Of a DNA stretch of 64,000 bases, positions 55,554 through 64,000 are shown one piece after another (position 1 is the first letter of the stretch; each line of letters opens with the position of its first letter). This stretch comes from Candidatus Omnitrophota bacterium (GTDB lineage Bacteria > Omnitrophota > Gorgyraeia > B26-G9), in contig JBDRPX010000006.1 in the NCBI GenBank assembly GCA_043826565.1, forward strand, positions 14,456 through 78,455, written 5' to 3'. Both the position numbers and the translations under genes were made by a program. Under the pieces are notes generated by a model, which was not told where the DNA came from, ran no database searches, and worked only from the letters and a program-made list of their open reading frames with translations.

Positions 55554-58500
55554 TTACCATTGCTTAATTTCTTCTTTAGTCATCGAGTCCATGTAGATCA
55601 AGACTCCCGTTACTTTTTTATCAGGATATATCTCAGAGACTGATTTCATATACCCCTGAACCTGCTTGATATTATCTTCTTTTGCTTCTGGAGAACTCTT
55701 ATAATCTATTACCAAAGCTTGATTTTCTTTAATTATTAATCTATCCAGGCGCTGGGTAATACCATTCCTGCTGATTATTTCTCTTTCACAAAACACTATT
55801 GCCTGATCAAGGTAGAAGAATTCTTTAAGGCTTTCTTTAGTAATTAATTTTTTAATGGTTTCAGTATACCCCTTATGGTCTTTAATAAAAAAATATTCCT
55901 GTTTTAAGATAGTATTGAAGTTTTCGGACAATTTATCTAAATTTTGATCATTTAAATTTTCCACTTGTGCTAACAAATCATGAAGCACTTCTCCCCGCTT
56001 AGCCTTTAACCTGCTTTTTAATTCATCAGCTGTTGCAAACTCATCTTTTAAAACTGCAATCCAATCTCGATACTCCGGAGGCTCTATAAGGAGAGTTACC
56101 TGCCTCTCCGAGATATCTTTTGCGCCATAGACAACCCGCGCTCCCCTTTGCTTAATACTTTCCGGGACAAGAAATTTTGCTAAGTTATTAACTTTTTTCT
56201 GAGTATAAGGAATAAAAATATACAATTCTTTCTGGGCCCTGGTAAAAGTAACATAAACAACATTAAGTTCATCAATGAAAGCCCGGACATATTCTCTTTT
56301 ATATATCTGGCTAATCCGACGGGAAAATTTGGCATATTTAGCATCCAAACGAAGAAGCCCAAACACCGACTCTTTTTCTTTTTCATAAACCACATACGGA
56401 GCCCGGGCCTTTTTAGTTTGAGTTCCTAACTCCCGGATATTTATTTCCAGGAATGGAGAAATCACAACCGGAAACCCTAAACCTTTAGCTTTATGAATTG
56501 TCATTACTTTTACAGCATTTTCATCAGAAAAATTAACATATAAATGTTGATCCGGAGCATTCTCTAAATACTCCAGGAACAATGATATATCCAGGCACTC
56601 TTCTTCTTGCTCTTTTATCAGCTCTAAAAATCTCATGAAGAATCCCTGATACTGAGGAAAGTTATTAAAAACCTTAAACTTTGCTAAAATACTAACCATA
56701 AGCTCATAGAAAGATATTAAACCGACATTTTTAAAAAATTCGGAAATAAACTCGCCCCAAACTTCAGGATACTGATTTTTAAAAGCCCGGTACAAATATG
56801 CGCTTCCTTCATTTTTATTTCGATTAATTGTGTAGATAAAATCAGAAATTTCTTTTCTTTGCAGAGAACTTGCGCTTAAGAAAACATCCCCCATAATGAA
56901 TCCGGCAAAATTAATACTATCAATCGGAGAGTTTAGGAATTTTAAAAAAGCGATAAGTTCCTGGATAAGTGGATTATTAGTAATATTCAGGGTACGCTCT
57001 GATTCAACATTTATTTTTTCCCCAGACAACCACCCGGTAATTAACTCAATCTCCCGGTTACTGCGGCAAAGGATAGCAATTGATTTCAAAGAGAAACGGG
57101 TTTTAAGTTCATTCACAGTTTGGATCAAATGGGCTTTAATGAGTTCTTCTTTTTCTTCCTTATCAATATATTCAATATATTCGACATTAACAAAGCCTTG
57201 GGATTTTTTAGGGATAAACTCCTGCTGGGAATCAGTAAAGCCTTCTAAGACTTCATTAATTTCTTCACTTGAGAGTTCCCGCAAACTATCCTGCTGGTGG
57301 TCCTGCGTAGTACCTAAAAATCTTTTAAGGTTATTACCTGAAAAAACTTCATTATTAAAAAGCACGATCTCTTTTTCTGATCGATAGTTTGTTCGCAGGC
57401 TAATTTTGTCATTTACATTATAGCTTGAAAAATCATGTTTAATTTTATCAAAAAGACCGACATCTCCCCCGCGAAAGCGATAAATAGCCTGCTTTTTATC
57501 CCCCACACAGAATAACGATCCTCCGGTAGCCAAAGCATCTTCAATCATCAAGAACAAATTACCCCATTGCAATCGACTGGTATCCTGGAATTCATCAACT
57601 AAATAATGCTTAAACCTGCCCGCCAAACGATAATAGAGCTCCGGCACGCTTAAATTCACTTCATCAAAAAGAACTCTAGCCTGTTTATTTAACTCTTCCA
57701 TGAAAACAACATCATCCCGACGGGCATATTGTCGATAGTAACTATAGACCTCGTTAAAAATATCAATATAGCAATTAAATAAACTCAATGCCTCTTTTTC
57801 ACTCAATATAACAATTGATTCCCGGAAAGGCTTCCAATAAGAACTCAATTCCCGATCAGCAACAAAACCTTTATTCATGGGCAATTCTTCTAAGTAGAAT
57901 TTCTGACTTTTTAAATCACCAACATTAAATCCATGCGTATTATTTTTTAAAAAGGTTCCCAGGCTTTTCAGAAAGGTCTTATTCATCCCTTCGGGGTTTT
58001 TATCATGAATTTTTCTCAGCAGTTCGATGATATTTTGCTTAAGAATTATTAACTCTTTCTCCGCCGTAGGAAATTTTTCAAAAGTGCCGCCATAAGTATT
58101 ACTTTGGGAAAATAATCCCGACAGGATATCAAGAATATCATTTTTCGGAAACCAGCCGGTGCGGTTTTCTAAAAACATATACTGGTTTAAAAAATTCTCG
58201 AAGATGTTTTTTATGTTGGAGTCCTTAGCTACTTTATCAATACATTCATCAAGAGCATAGGAAACATATTTTGAATAATTTTCTTTTATATTAAAATTCG
58301 CCGACAGATCCAATTCCGAAGCGCATCCGGAAAGAATAACATTAATAAAGCTGTCAATGTTTTTGACTTGAAAAAAATTGTAATTGCAGATTATATGATC
58401 CAGCACGCGAAAGGCTTTTTCGCGGGCTTGTTTTTCACCGACCCCCACCGCACTAAGCAGATCATTTTTTTCGTCGATATTATCAAAAGCATCAAGCGCG

Positions 58501-58727
58501 ATCTTTTTGAGCTGTTCTAAGATACGCTCCCGCATTTCCCGGGTAGCTTTGTGGGTAAAGGTAATTGCCAGGATATTACGTAAAGGAATTTCTTCGGGCT
58601 TTATCCGGGGATTGATCAGCAGTTGGATATAGCGTTTGGCTAAAGCATATGTTTTCCCGGAACCTGCAGAGGCTTCGACAATGCGTACTTCGGGGAAAGT
58701 CAATTGTGAAGAATCGTTTTTGTTCAT
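55554..58727 (-). CDS. addA: AddA-like UvrD-family helicase with C-terminal PD-(D/E)XK nuclease
   Basis: 1057 aa. N-terminal UvrD motif I (EASAGSGKTYAL) and helicase motifs, plus a C-terminal nuclease motif (…RLDRLI…LVIDYKS). Confidence 0.75.
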   Translation of the reverse strand: MNKNDSSQLTFPEVRIVEASAGSGKTYALAKRYIQLLINPRIKPEEIPLRNILAITFTHKATREMRERILEQLKKIALDAFDNIDEKNDLLSAVGVGEKQAREKAFRVLDHIICNYNFFQVKNIDSFINVILSGCASELDLSANFNIKENYSKYVSYALDECIDKVAKDSNIKNIFENFLNQYMFLENRTGWFPKNDILDILSGLFSQSNTYGGTFEKFPTAEKELIILKQNIIELLRKIHDKNPEGMNKTFLKSLGTFLKNNTHGFNVGDLKSQKFYLEELPMNKGFVADRELSSYWKPFRESIVILSEKEALSLFNCYIDIFNEVYSYYRQYARRDDVVFMEELNKQARVLFDEVNLSVPELYYRLAGRFKHYLVDEFQDTSRLQWGNLFLMIEDALATGGSLFCVGDKKQAIYRFRGGDVGLFDKIKHDFSSYNVNDKISLRTNYRSEKEIVLFNNEVFSGNNLKRFLGTTQDHQQDSLRELSSEEINEVLEGFTDSQQEFIPKKSQGFVNVEYIEYIDKEEKEELIKAHLIQTVNELKTRFSLKSIAILCRSNREIELITGWLSGEKINVESERTLNITNNPLIQELIAFLKFLNSPIDSINFAGFIMGDVFLSASSLQRKEISDFIYTINRNKNEGSAYLYRAFKNQYPEVWGEFISEFFKNVGLISFYELMVSILAKFKVFNNFPQYQGFFMRFLELIKEQEEECLDISLFLEYLENAPDQHLYVNFSDENAVKVMTIHKAKGLGFPVVISPFLEINIRELGTQTKKARAPYVVYEKEKESVFGLLRLDAKYAKFSRRISQIYKREYVRAFIDELNVVYVTFTRAQKELYIFIPYTQKKVNNLAKFLVPESIKQRGARVVYGAKDISERQVTLLIEPPEYRDWIAVLKDEFATADELKSRLKAKRGEVLHDLLAQVENLNDQNLDKLSENFNTILKQEYFFIKDHKGYTETIKKLITKESLKEFFYLDQAIVFCEREIISRNGITQRLDRLIIKENQALVIDYKSSPEAKEDNIKQVQGYMKSVSEIYPDKKVTGVLIYMDSMTKEEIKQW

Positions 58728-58759
58728 AAGCGGAAAACTACCGAAAAACCTAAAATCAC

Positions 58760-59524
58760 TTAAAACTTATAGGTAAAATTTACGGATAAAGCCTTTTCGT
58801 CGACAAAACGCCCTTCTAAACCGACTTTAAACTTTTCCGTAGGAATTAGGAATCCCAAAAATACACCAACATTGCTCTTGCCATGTGTTTGCATAAGCTC
58901 ATAAGTTGTACCTCCGGCACTGAGTTTAGCCGAAGCATCAGCATTGGAATATTTACCGCCGATATAAAAAACGCACATATCGAAATTCTTGATAATTCCT
59001 AAAGCTAGCTGTGTTTCTCTCCACTCGGCGTCATTAGCACTGGTTATCGCGCTTCCGGTATAGCTTATTGTTCCGGAGTTAAATGACTCATACCCCATAT
59101 CTGTGATTTCCCGATATTTAAAATCAATGAACGGCCATACTCCGAGATCTTCCAATTCGTCAATAAAAATGGCCATGTTCACACCAAATCCCCAGGCCGG
59201 AGTATCTGCTAAATTAAATTTATTCGCTCCATAAGAATATTCAACGTCATAAGCCTGGCCATACATCCCATAAAAATCTATGGCATATGGCGTAGAATAA
59301 GTCAGTTTCAGCATACCGAAATTAGCCGCGATATCCGAGCTCAACTCCTTCATATTACGCTCACTAACCATATCCATTTCCGCGCTCAGCGAAAACTGAT
59401 TCTCTGTGATTCGTTCTACAGTTAAGGCCTTTAAGCAATACGGTAAATCTACCGGCGACGCAAAAACATTAGCACAATAAATTAAAACCGTTACTAAAAC
59501 CAACCTTGATAAAATCCTTTTCAT
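58760..59524 (-). CDS. outer-membrane beta-barrel protein (small porin/OmpW-like class)
   Basis: 254 aa. Signal peptide, alternating amphipathic beta-strand pattern, and a C-terminal …FTYKF with terminal Phe, which is the OMP sorting signature. Confidence 0.6.
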   Translation of the reverse strand: MKRILSRLVLVTVLIYCANVFASPVDLPYCLKALTVERITENQFSLSAEMDMVSERNMKELSSDIAANFGMLKLTYSTPYAIDFYGMYGQAYDVEYSYGANKFNLADTPAWGFGVNMAIFIDELEDLGVWPFIDFKYREITDMGYESFNSGTISYTGSAITSANDAEWRETQLALGIIKNFDMCVFYIGGKYSNADASAKLSAGGTTYELMQTHGKSNVGVFLGFLIPTEKFKVGLEGRFVDEKALSVNFTYKF

Positions 59525-59763
59525 ACCACCCTCCTTTTAATAAAGTCCATATTGTTAAAATTTACAATTTCCAATATCCAAAATTAGATTATTGTTTGTT
59601 TTTTTATTTTTCCTACTTCTTGAATCTTGTATCCGGCATCCGGTATCTTATTTTAGCAAGCAACAGTTTCGTTTTCGCCCGTGAACCTCTTTTAGATTCT
59701 CGCTACTTGCTACTTTCTTCTCTCTACTTTTTTTACTATACTACTTTTATCAAATAAAATCAA

Positions 59764-62700
59764 TTACTTAACGATATCTGAGATATCTTCAAACCCCTTC
59801 CAGTCATACTCATATGTCCGCTTCTTTTTGGGTTTTAATAATACGGTCAAATCCGTGAACAATAAGAATATACTCGGAACAAGAAATAGCGTAAATACTG
59901 TGGCCACCGAAAGGCCGCCTAATACGGTAATTGCCAAAGGCGCCCATAACCCGGCTCCTTCGGTCCGGTCTAAGGCCATGGGCAAAAGACCGAACAATGT
60001 CGTAAAAGACGTCATCATAATCGGCCTTAACCGGTCCAGCCCGGCCATTATTGCGGCTTTATACCGATTAGTCTTTTTCTCCCGGATAAAATAATTTATC
60101 CGGTCAACAAGAATAATCGCATTATTAACAACTATCCCGGCAAGCATAATGATCCCGATAAAAACGGAAACACTCTTTGGTTTTTTAAATATACATAAAG
60201 CTAAAGTCACTCCGATCAAAGCCAGCGGTACCGAAGAAAGAATTACCAGAGGCTGAATGTATGACGCGAACAATGCCGCTAAGACCATATAAATAAGCGT
60301 AATAGTTACCCAGGTAACAAACACCAGTTCTTTTCTACCGCGCATCATCTTTTCATACTCGCCGCCAAATTTATAATAGTAATTTTTGGGCAGCTTCATA
60401 TCCGCTAAATGCTCCTGAACGATTTCTACCGTACGCCCCAGATCAAACTTGGTCATTGTCGCGCTGACTTCTATCATTCTCTGTTTATTCTTACGCCATA
60501 TTTCCGTGGGGCCTTCTCCGGGTTTAAATTTGGCCAACTGCTCAAAATAGACAATGTTCCCATCATTAGTAATTAAAGTCAGTTTATGTACATCGTCAAA
60601 AGTTTTACGGTCTTCCCGGCGCAAACGGGCAATAGTTTCGATTTCTTTGGCCTCAGAATGATACTGAGTAGCCACAAGCCCTCTCATCTTAGCATGAATA
60701 GTTTCGGAAATATCACTTACACTCAAGCCCCATTTAATTGCTTTAGCTTTATCAATTTCTGCCAGCAATTCCGGACGTTTCTCTCTCATTCTTATCTTTA
60801 CATCAACCAGCCCCTGGATCTGGCTTAAACGCTTGGATATATTAATCGCTATCTGGCGCAGTGTATTATAATCATAACCGTATATCTCGATAAATAATTC
60901 CTTGGACGCCATACTTTGCGGTTCTTCAAAATATATAAAAGCATTCGGAATATCCCTCACCTTTTCGCGCAATGCGTTAATAACTTCGCGGTTAGATCTT
61001 TCCCTCTCGGACAAAGGAACGAGTTTTACAAATACTCTGCTTGACCAAGGCTTAATTCGGCTGGACAAAGTCTTTATTTCCGGAACTTCTGCTAAAATAT
61101 CCTCGACCTGCTTAATCACCTGATCGGAAATATCCAGTTTTGCTCCGGTCGGCAGCTCGACAAAAATAGTAAATTCATTTTCCTGGGTCTTTCCCAAAAA
61201 TTCCATGCCCAGTCTTTCACTAAAAACATAAAAAGAAATACCAAAAACACAAAAAACCGCGATCACTAAATATATTCTAAACCGGAGGATTTTTCCCAAT
61301 AAAAACCGATATGTCCTCTGCACTTTCTTAAACAGTTCACCCATCCTGGCTTTGCGTTTTTTAACCTCCTCCTCTTTTTTATCAACTTCAATAAAAAGGC
61401 GTTCCTCTTCCGGTTCCTCATCGGTGGGAATTTTTTTCGGCTTTAACCAATTAGTCAGCACCGGAACTAAGGTAACGGCCACAAAAAGACTGGCTAAGAG
61501 CGCATAAACAATGGTTACCGCCAGACCTTGATACATAAGCCGGATTTCTTTATTAACAAAAATAAACGGCAAGAATACAATCACTGTGGTTAAAGTAGAA
61601 GCAAATATTGCCAGCCACATTTCCTCAGCACCCTGGATAACCGCTTCGGTACTATCCATATCCGTCTGGCGTTTTTTGGATATATTATCCAAAACAACAA
61701 TAGCATTATCGACAAGCATTCCGCTTCCTAGCGCCAGCCCGCTTAAAGTCATAACATTAACCGTCAGTTTCTGAACATACATTAAAATAAACGTACATAT
61801 AATCGCCGTAGGAATAGCAATTCCGACGGTAATCGTGGAACCGATATCTTTAAGAAATAGCCACAGGACAAGAATCGCCAGAAAAGCCCCGAACAGCAAT
61901 GAACTTTGCACATCCTTGATCGCCTTTTGGATAAAATCTCCCTGATTATAAACCGGGATAAGCCGGATACCCCGGCGAGGCAGATCTTCGTATTTTTTAA
62001 ATTCCTCAATTTCTTTGACAATTTCAGCGGTTACCCGCAGGGTATTGGCCATACTTTCTTTTTGCACATAAACAGACACTGTCGGCGCAAGATTAGTCCG
62101 GGCATAGCTGGTTGCCTCTAAATAAGAATCTTTTACATTGGCCAGGTCTTTTAAACGGATAATTGTTCCGCCCTGGGTAGAAGCAATGCCCATATTTTTG
62201 ATATCTTCGACATCATGATATTCACCGATTATCCGGGCGAGAAATTTATCACTCTGTCTTTCCACATCACCGGCAAGCAAATTAAGGTTATTTGCCCCCA
62301 ATACATTAATTAATTTTGAAATAGGCATATTATACGCATCAAGTTTTTCCTGCGCTATTTCAACGAGGATTTTTCTCTCCCGGCGCCCGCCGATTTCTAC
62401 GTCCGCAACTCCATTAATACGCTCCAGGCGCGACTTCAGGCTTTCATCTACGATCTTACCTAACATTTCTGGAGTGTAACGTTTACCTCCGGTCATCGCT
62501 AAAATCATTACCGGAACATCGGAATATTCATACTTGGCAATAACCGGCTTTTCTATTTCCGGGGGAAGGTCATTTTTTACCCGGGCAAATTTTTCCCGCA
62601 CTTCCAAAGCCGCAAAGTCCATATTGGTTCCCGGCTCAAACTTTATAACAATAGTCGCACTGGCTTCTTCGGAAGTAGATTCGATACTTTTGATATGACT

Positions 62701-62925
62701 TACAGAAGATACTGCTTCTTCGACCGGACGGGTAATCCGCTCTTCGATCTCTACCGGCGGAATACCGCCGCGGACATTAATGAAAATAGTTACATTCCCG
62801 AAACTTGTATTAGGCATTAGCTCTACCGGCAATTCCTGCAATGAAACAGACCCCAGAATTAACACCGCAAAAAAAATCATCATGATGGTTATGGGTTTAT
62901 TCACCGAATAACGCGGCAGGCTCAT
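59764..62925 (-). CDS. RND efflux transporter permease (AcrB/HAE1-like)
   Basis: 1053 aa with 12 TM helices and two large periplasmic loops. N-terminus …ELPVELMPNTSF..V.I is typical of RND pumps. Confidence 0.9.
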   Translation of the reverse strand: MSLPRYSVNKPITIMMIFFAVLILGSVSLQELPVELMPNTSFGNVTIFINVRGGIPPVEIEERITRPVEEAVSSVSHIKSIESTSEEASATIVIKFEPGTNMDFAALEVREKFARVKNDLPPEIEKPVIAKYEYSDVPVMILAMTGGKRYTPEMLGKIVDESLKSRLERINGVADVEIGGRRERKILVEIAQEKLDAYNMPISKLINVLGANNLNLLAGDVERQSDKFLARIIGEYHDVEDIKNMGIASTQGGTIIRLKDLANVKDSYLEATSYARTNLAPTVSVYVQKESMANTLRVTAEIVKEIEEFKKYEDLPRRGIRLIPVYNQGDFIQKAIKDVQSSLLFGAFLAILVLWLFLKDIGSTITVGIAIPTAIICTFILMYVQKLTVNVMTLSGLALGSGMLVDNAIVVLDNISKKRQTDMDSTEAVIQGAEEMWLAIFASTLTTVIVFLPFIFVNKEIRLMYQGLAVTIVYALLASLFVAVTLVPVLTNWLKPKKIPTDEEPEEERLFIEVDKKEEEVKKRKARMGELFKKVQRTYRFLLGKILRFRIYLVIAVFCVFGISFYVFSERLGMEFLGKTQENEFTIFVELPTGAKLDISDQVIKQVEDILAEVPEIKTLSSRIKPWSSRVFVKLVPLSERERSNREVINALREKVRDIPNAFIYFEEPQSMASKELFIEIYGYDYNTLRQIAINISKRLSQIQGLVDVKIRMREKRPELLAEIDKAKAIKWGLSVSDISETIHAKMRGLVATQYHSEAKEIETIARLRREDRKTFDDVHKLTLITNDGNIVYFEQLAKFKPGEGPTEIWRKNKQRMIEVSATMTKFDLGRTVEIVQEHLADMKLPKNYYYKFGGEYEKMMRGRKELVFVTWVTITLIYMVLAALFASYIQPLVILSSVPLALIGVTLALCIFKKPKSVSVFIGIIMLAGIVVNNAIILVDRINYFIREKKTNRYKAAIMAGLDRLRPIMMTSFTTLFGLLPMALDRTEGAGLWAPLAITVLGGLSVATVFTLFLVPSIFLLFTDLTVLLKPKKKRTYEYDWKGFEDISDIVK

Positions 62926-62926
62926 T

Positions 62927-64000
62927 TTAAGCTTCCTTATTTTCGTTTAAAATATAAATCTTGCTCGAACCTTGACCTGAAGTTTTAAGTAGTTTGCGTT
63001 CAACAAGCTCTTCGAGTTCCTTATCAGCTATAGGCAGGGGAACTTTAAATTTAACAACATAATCCAAACGAGTCATCTTCCCGATGTTTTTCAGATAATC
63101 CAAAGCCGCTATCTGCCTTTGGGTAAGGATCTTCCTGACATCAACTTCTTCTTTCTGTTCCGGAACAGCCGATTCAGGAACCGGTAATATCGGGCTCTTT
63201 TTCTTAGATACAGGAGAAACATCAATCTCTTCAATAATCGATCTCTTAGGCTTTATCAGAATAATATTATCATCTTTTTGGGAAGCACCCACAACTCCCA
63301 ATATCCATTCCTTAGCCGTTTCCAGGAGAATATAAACACTGGGTACAACAAAAAGAGTCAAAAATGCCGCTGTTGTCAGCCCGCCCATAACCGTCCTGGC
63401 CATGGGCGCTCTTAATTCCGCTCCTTCACCTAAGGCAAAAGCTAAAGGTAATAAACCGAAAATCGTAGTTAATGAAGTCATGAAAATCGGCCGGGCTCTC
63501 ACCTTACTGGCCTGGATAGCTGCTTCAAAAATACCCAGTCCTTTTTTTCTCGCTAAATTAATAAAATCAATAAGCAAAATTCCATTATTAACAACGATAC
63601 CTCCGAGCATTATACAACCCAAAACAACTACTACACTTAAGGGCGTCCGGGAAAAATATAGTGTCCAGCTGACTCCGATTATCGAAAGCGGAACTGTAAA
63701 CATAATAATGAACGGCTGGACCAATGATTCAAATTCCGAAGCCATGATCATATAAACAAGCACTAAGGCCAGGATCAAAGCAAATTTAAGGCTGGCAAAC
63801 GATTCATTCATTTCTTTGTTTTCACCGCCGACCTCAATGGAATAATTCTGCGGCAATTGTTCTTTGACATTAGTAATGATCTCTTCAACTTCATCAACAA
63901 CATCATTTAAAGCACGCTTATATAAATTAGCGCTGACAAACACGACTCTCTGTTTTGATTCACGCTTAATTTCCGTAGGCCCGAACCCTTTCGCTAAATA
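62927..64000 (-). CDS. second RND efflux permease, C-terminal part only (gene runs off the window; 5' end not included)
   Basis: The reading frame stays open to the window edge. The sequence is the C-terminal TM bundle of an AcrB-like pump (…GGIVVNNGILLIDFIN…). It ends 1 nt before the next RND gene. Confidence 0.85.
   Translation of the reverse strand, partial: YLAKGFGPTEIKRESKQRVVFVSANLYKRALNDVVDEVEEIITNVKEQLPQNYSIEVGGENKEMNESFASLKFALILALVLVYMIMASEFESLVQPFIIMFTVPLSIIGVSWTLYFSRTPLSVVVVLGCIMLGGIVVNNGILLIDFINLARKKGLGIFEAAIQASKVRARPIFMTSLTTIFGLLPLAFALGEGAELRAPMARTVMGGLTTAAFLTLFVVPSVYILLETAKEWILGVVGASQKDDNIILIKPKRSIIEEIDVSPVSKKKSPILPVPESAVPEQKEEVDVRKILTQRQIAALDYLKNIGKMTRLDYVVKFKVPLPIADKELEELVERKLLKTSGQGSSKIYILNENKEA

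Noticed and set aside
1-64000. CRISPR arrays, rRNA and tRNA genes
   Set aside because: No repeat-spacer periodicity and no rRNA-like or cloverleaf-compatible segments were found in any intergenic region. All spacers of 90 bp or longer were inspected by eye.

Overview
This 64-kb window comes from an AT-rich, low-GC bacterial chromosome with very high coding density. Sixty of 61 protein genes are on the minus strand; thpR is the only plus-strand gene. A type IV pilus secretin cluster (pilMNOPQ), a GT9 heptosyltransferase, an RND efflux pair and a small beta-barrel outer-membrane protein ending in Phe all point to a diderm organism, probably an uncultivated lineage. That taxonomic call is inference only. 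Content is mostly housekeeping: proB-proA, obg-rpmA-rplU, RNase E/G, rsmE, phospholipid genes (pgsA/pgpA and a second plsC-cdsA-CDP-alcohol transferase-methyltransferase operon), rimO, ftsK, dut, pnp-rpsO, def and trxB. There is also a MoxR-DUF58-DUF4129 triad, DegT/GT9 glycan genes, panE and panB, a split cobalamin-dependent methionine synthase next to folD/fchA, a small accessory island (RAYT/IS200-like transposase, GGDEF protein, CheY-like regulator), dus, a DEAD-box helicase and addAB. I saw no rRNA, tRNA or CRISPR arrays. Four signals are not explained by the ORF track. First, an orphan near-consensus promoter plus intrinsic terminator (candidate ~125-nt sRNA or riboswitch-like leader) sits directly in front of a second promoter that would make thpR leaderless. 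Second, a G10 homopolymer lies in the pilM 5' leader. Third, an unannotated 47-aa Arg/Lys-rich ORF with a strong SD lies between the methyltransferase and fchA. Fourth, a 1081-aa membrane protein in the MoxR operon carries a ~450-aa Gly/Asp/Glu/Lys-rich disordered insert fused to a C-terminal DUF4129-like domain.
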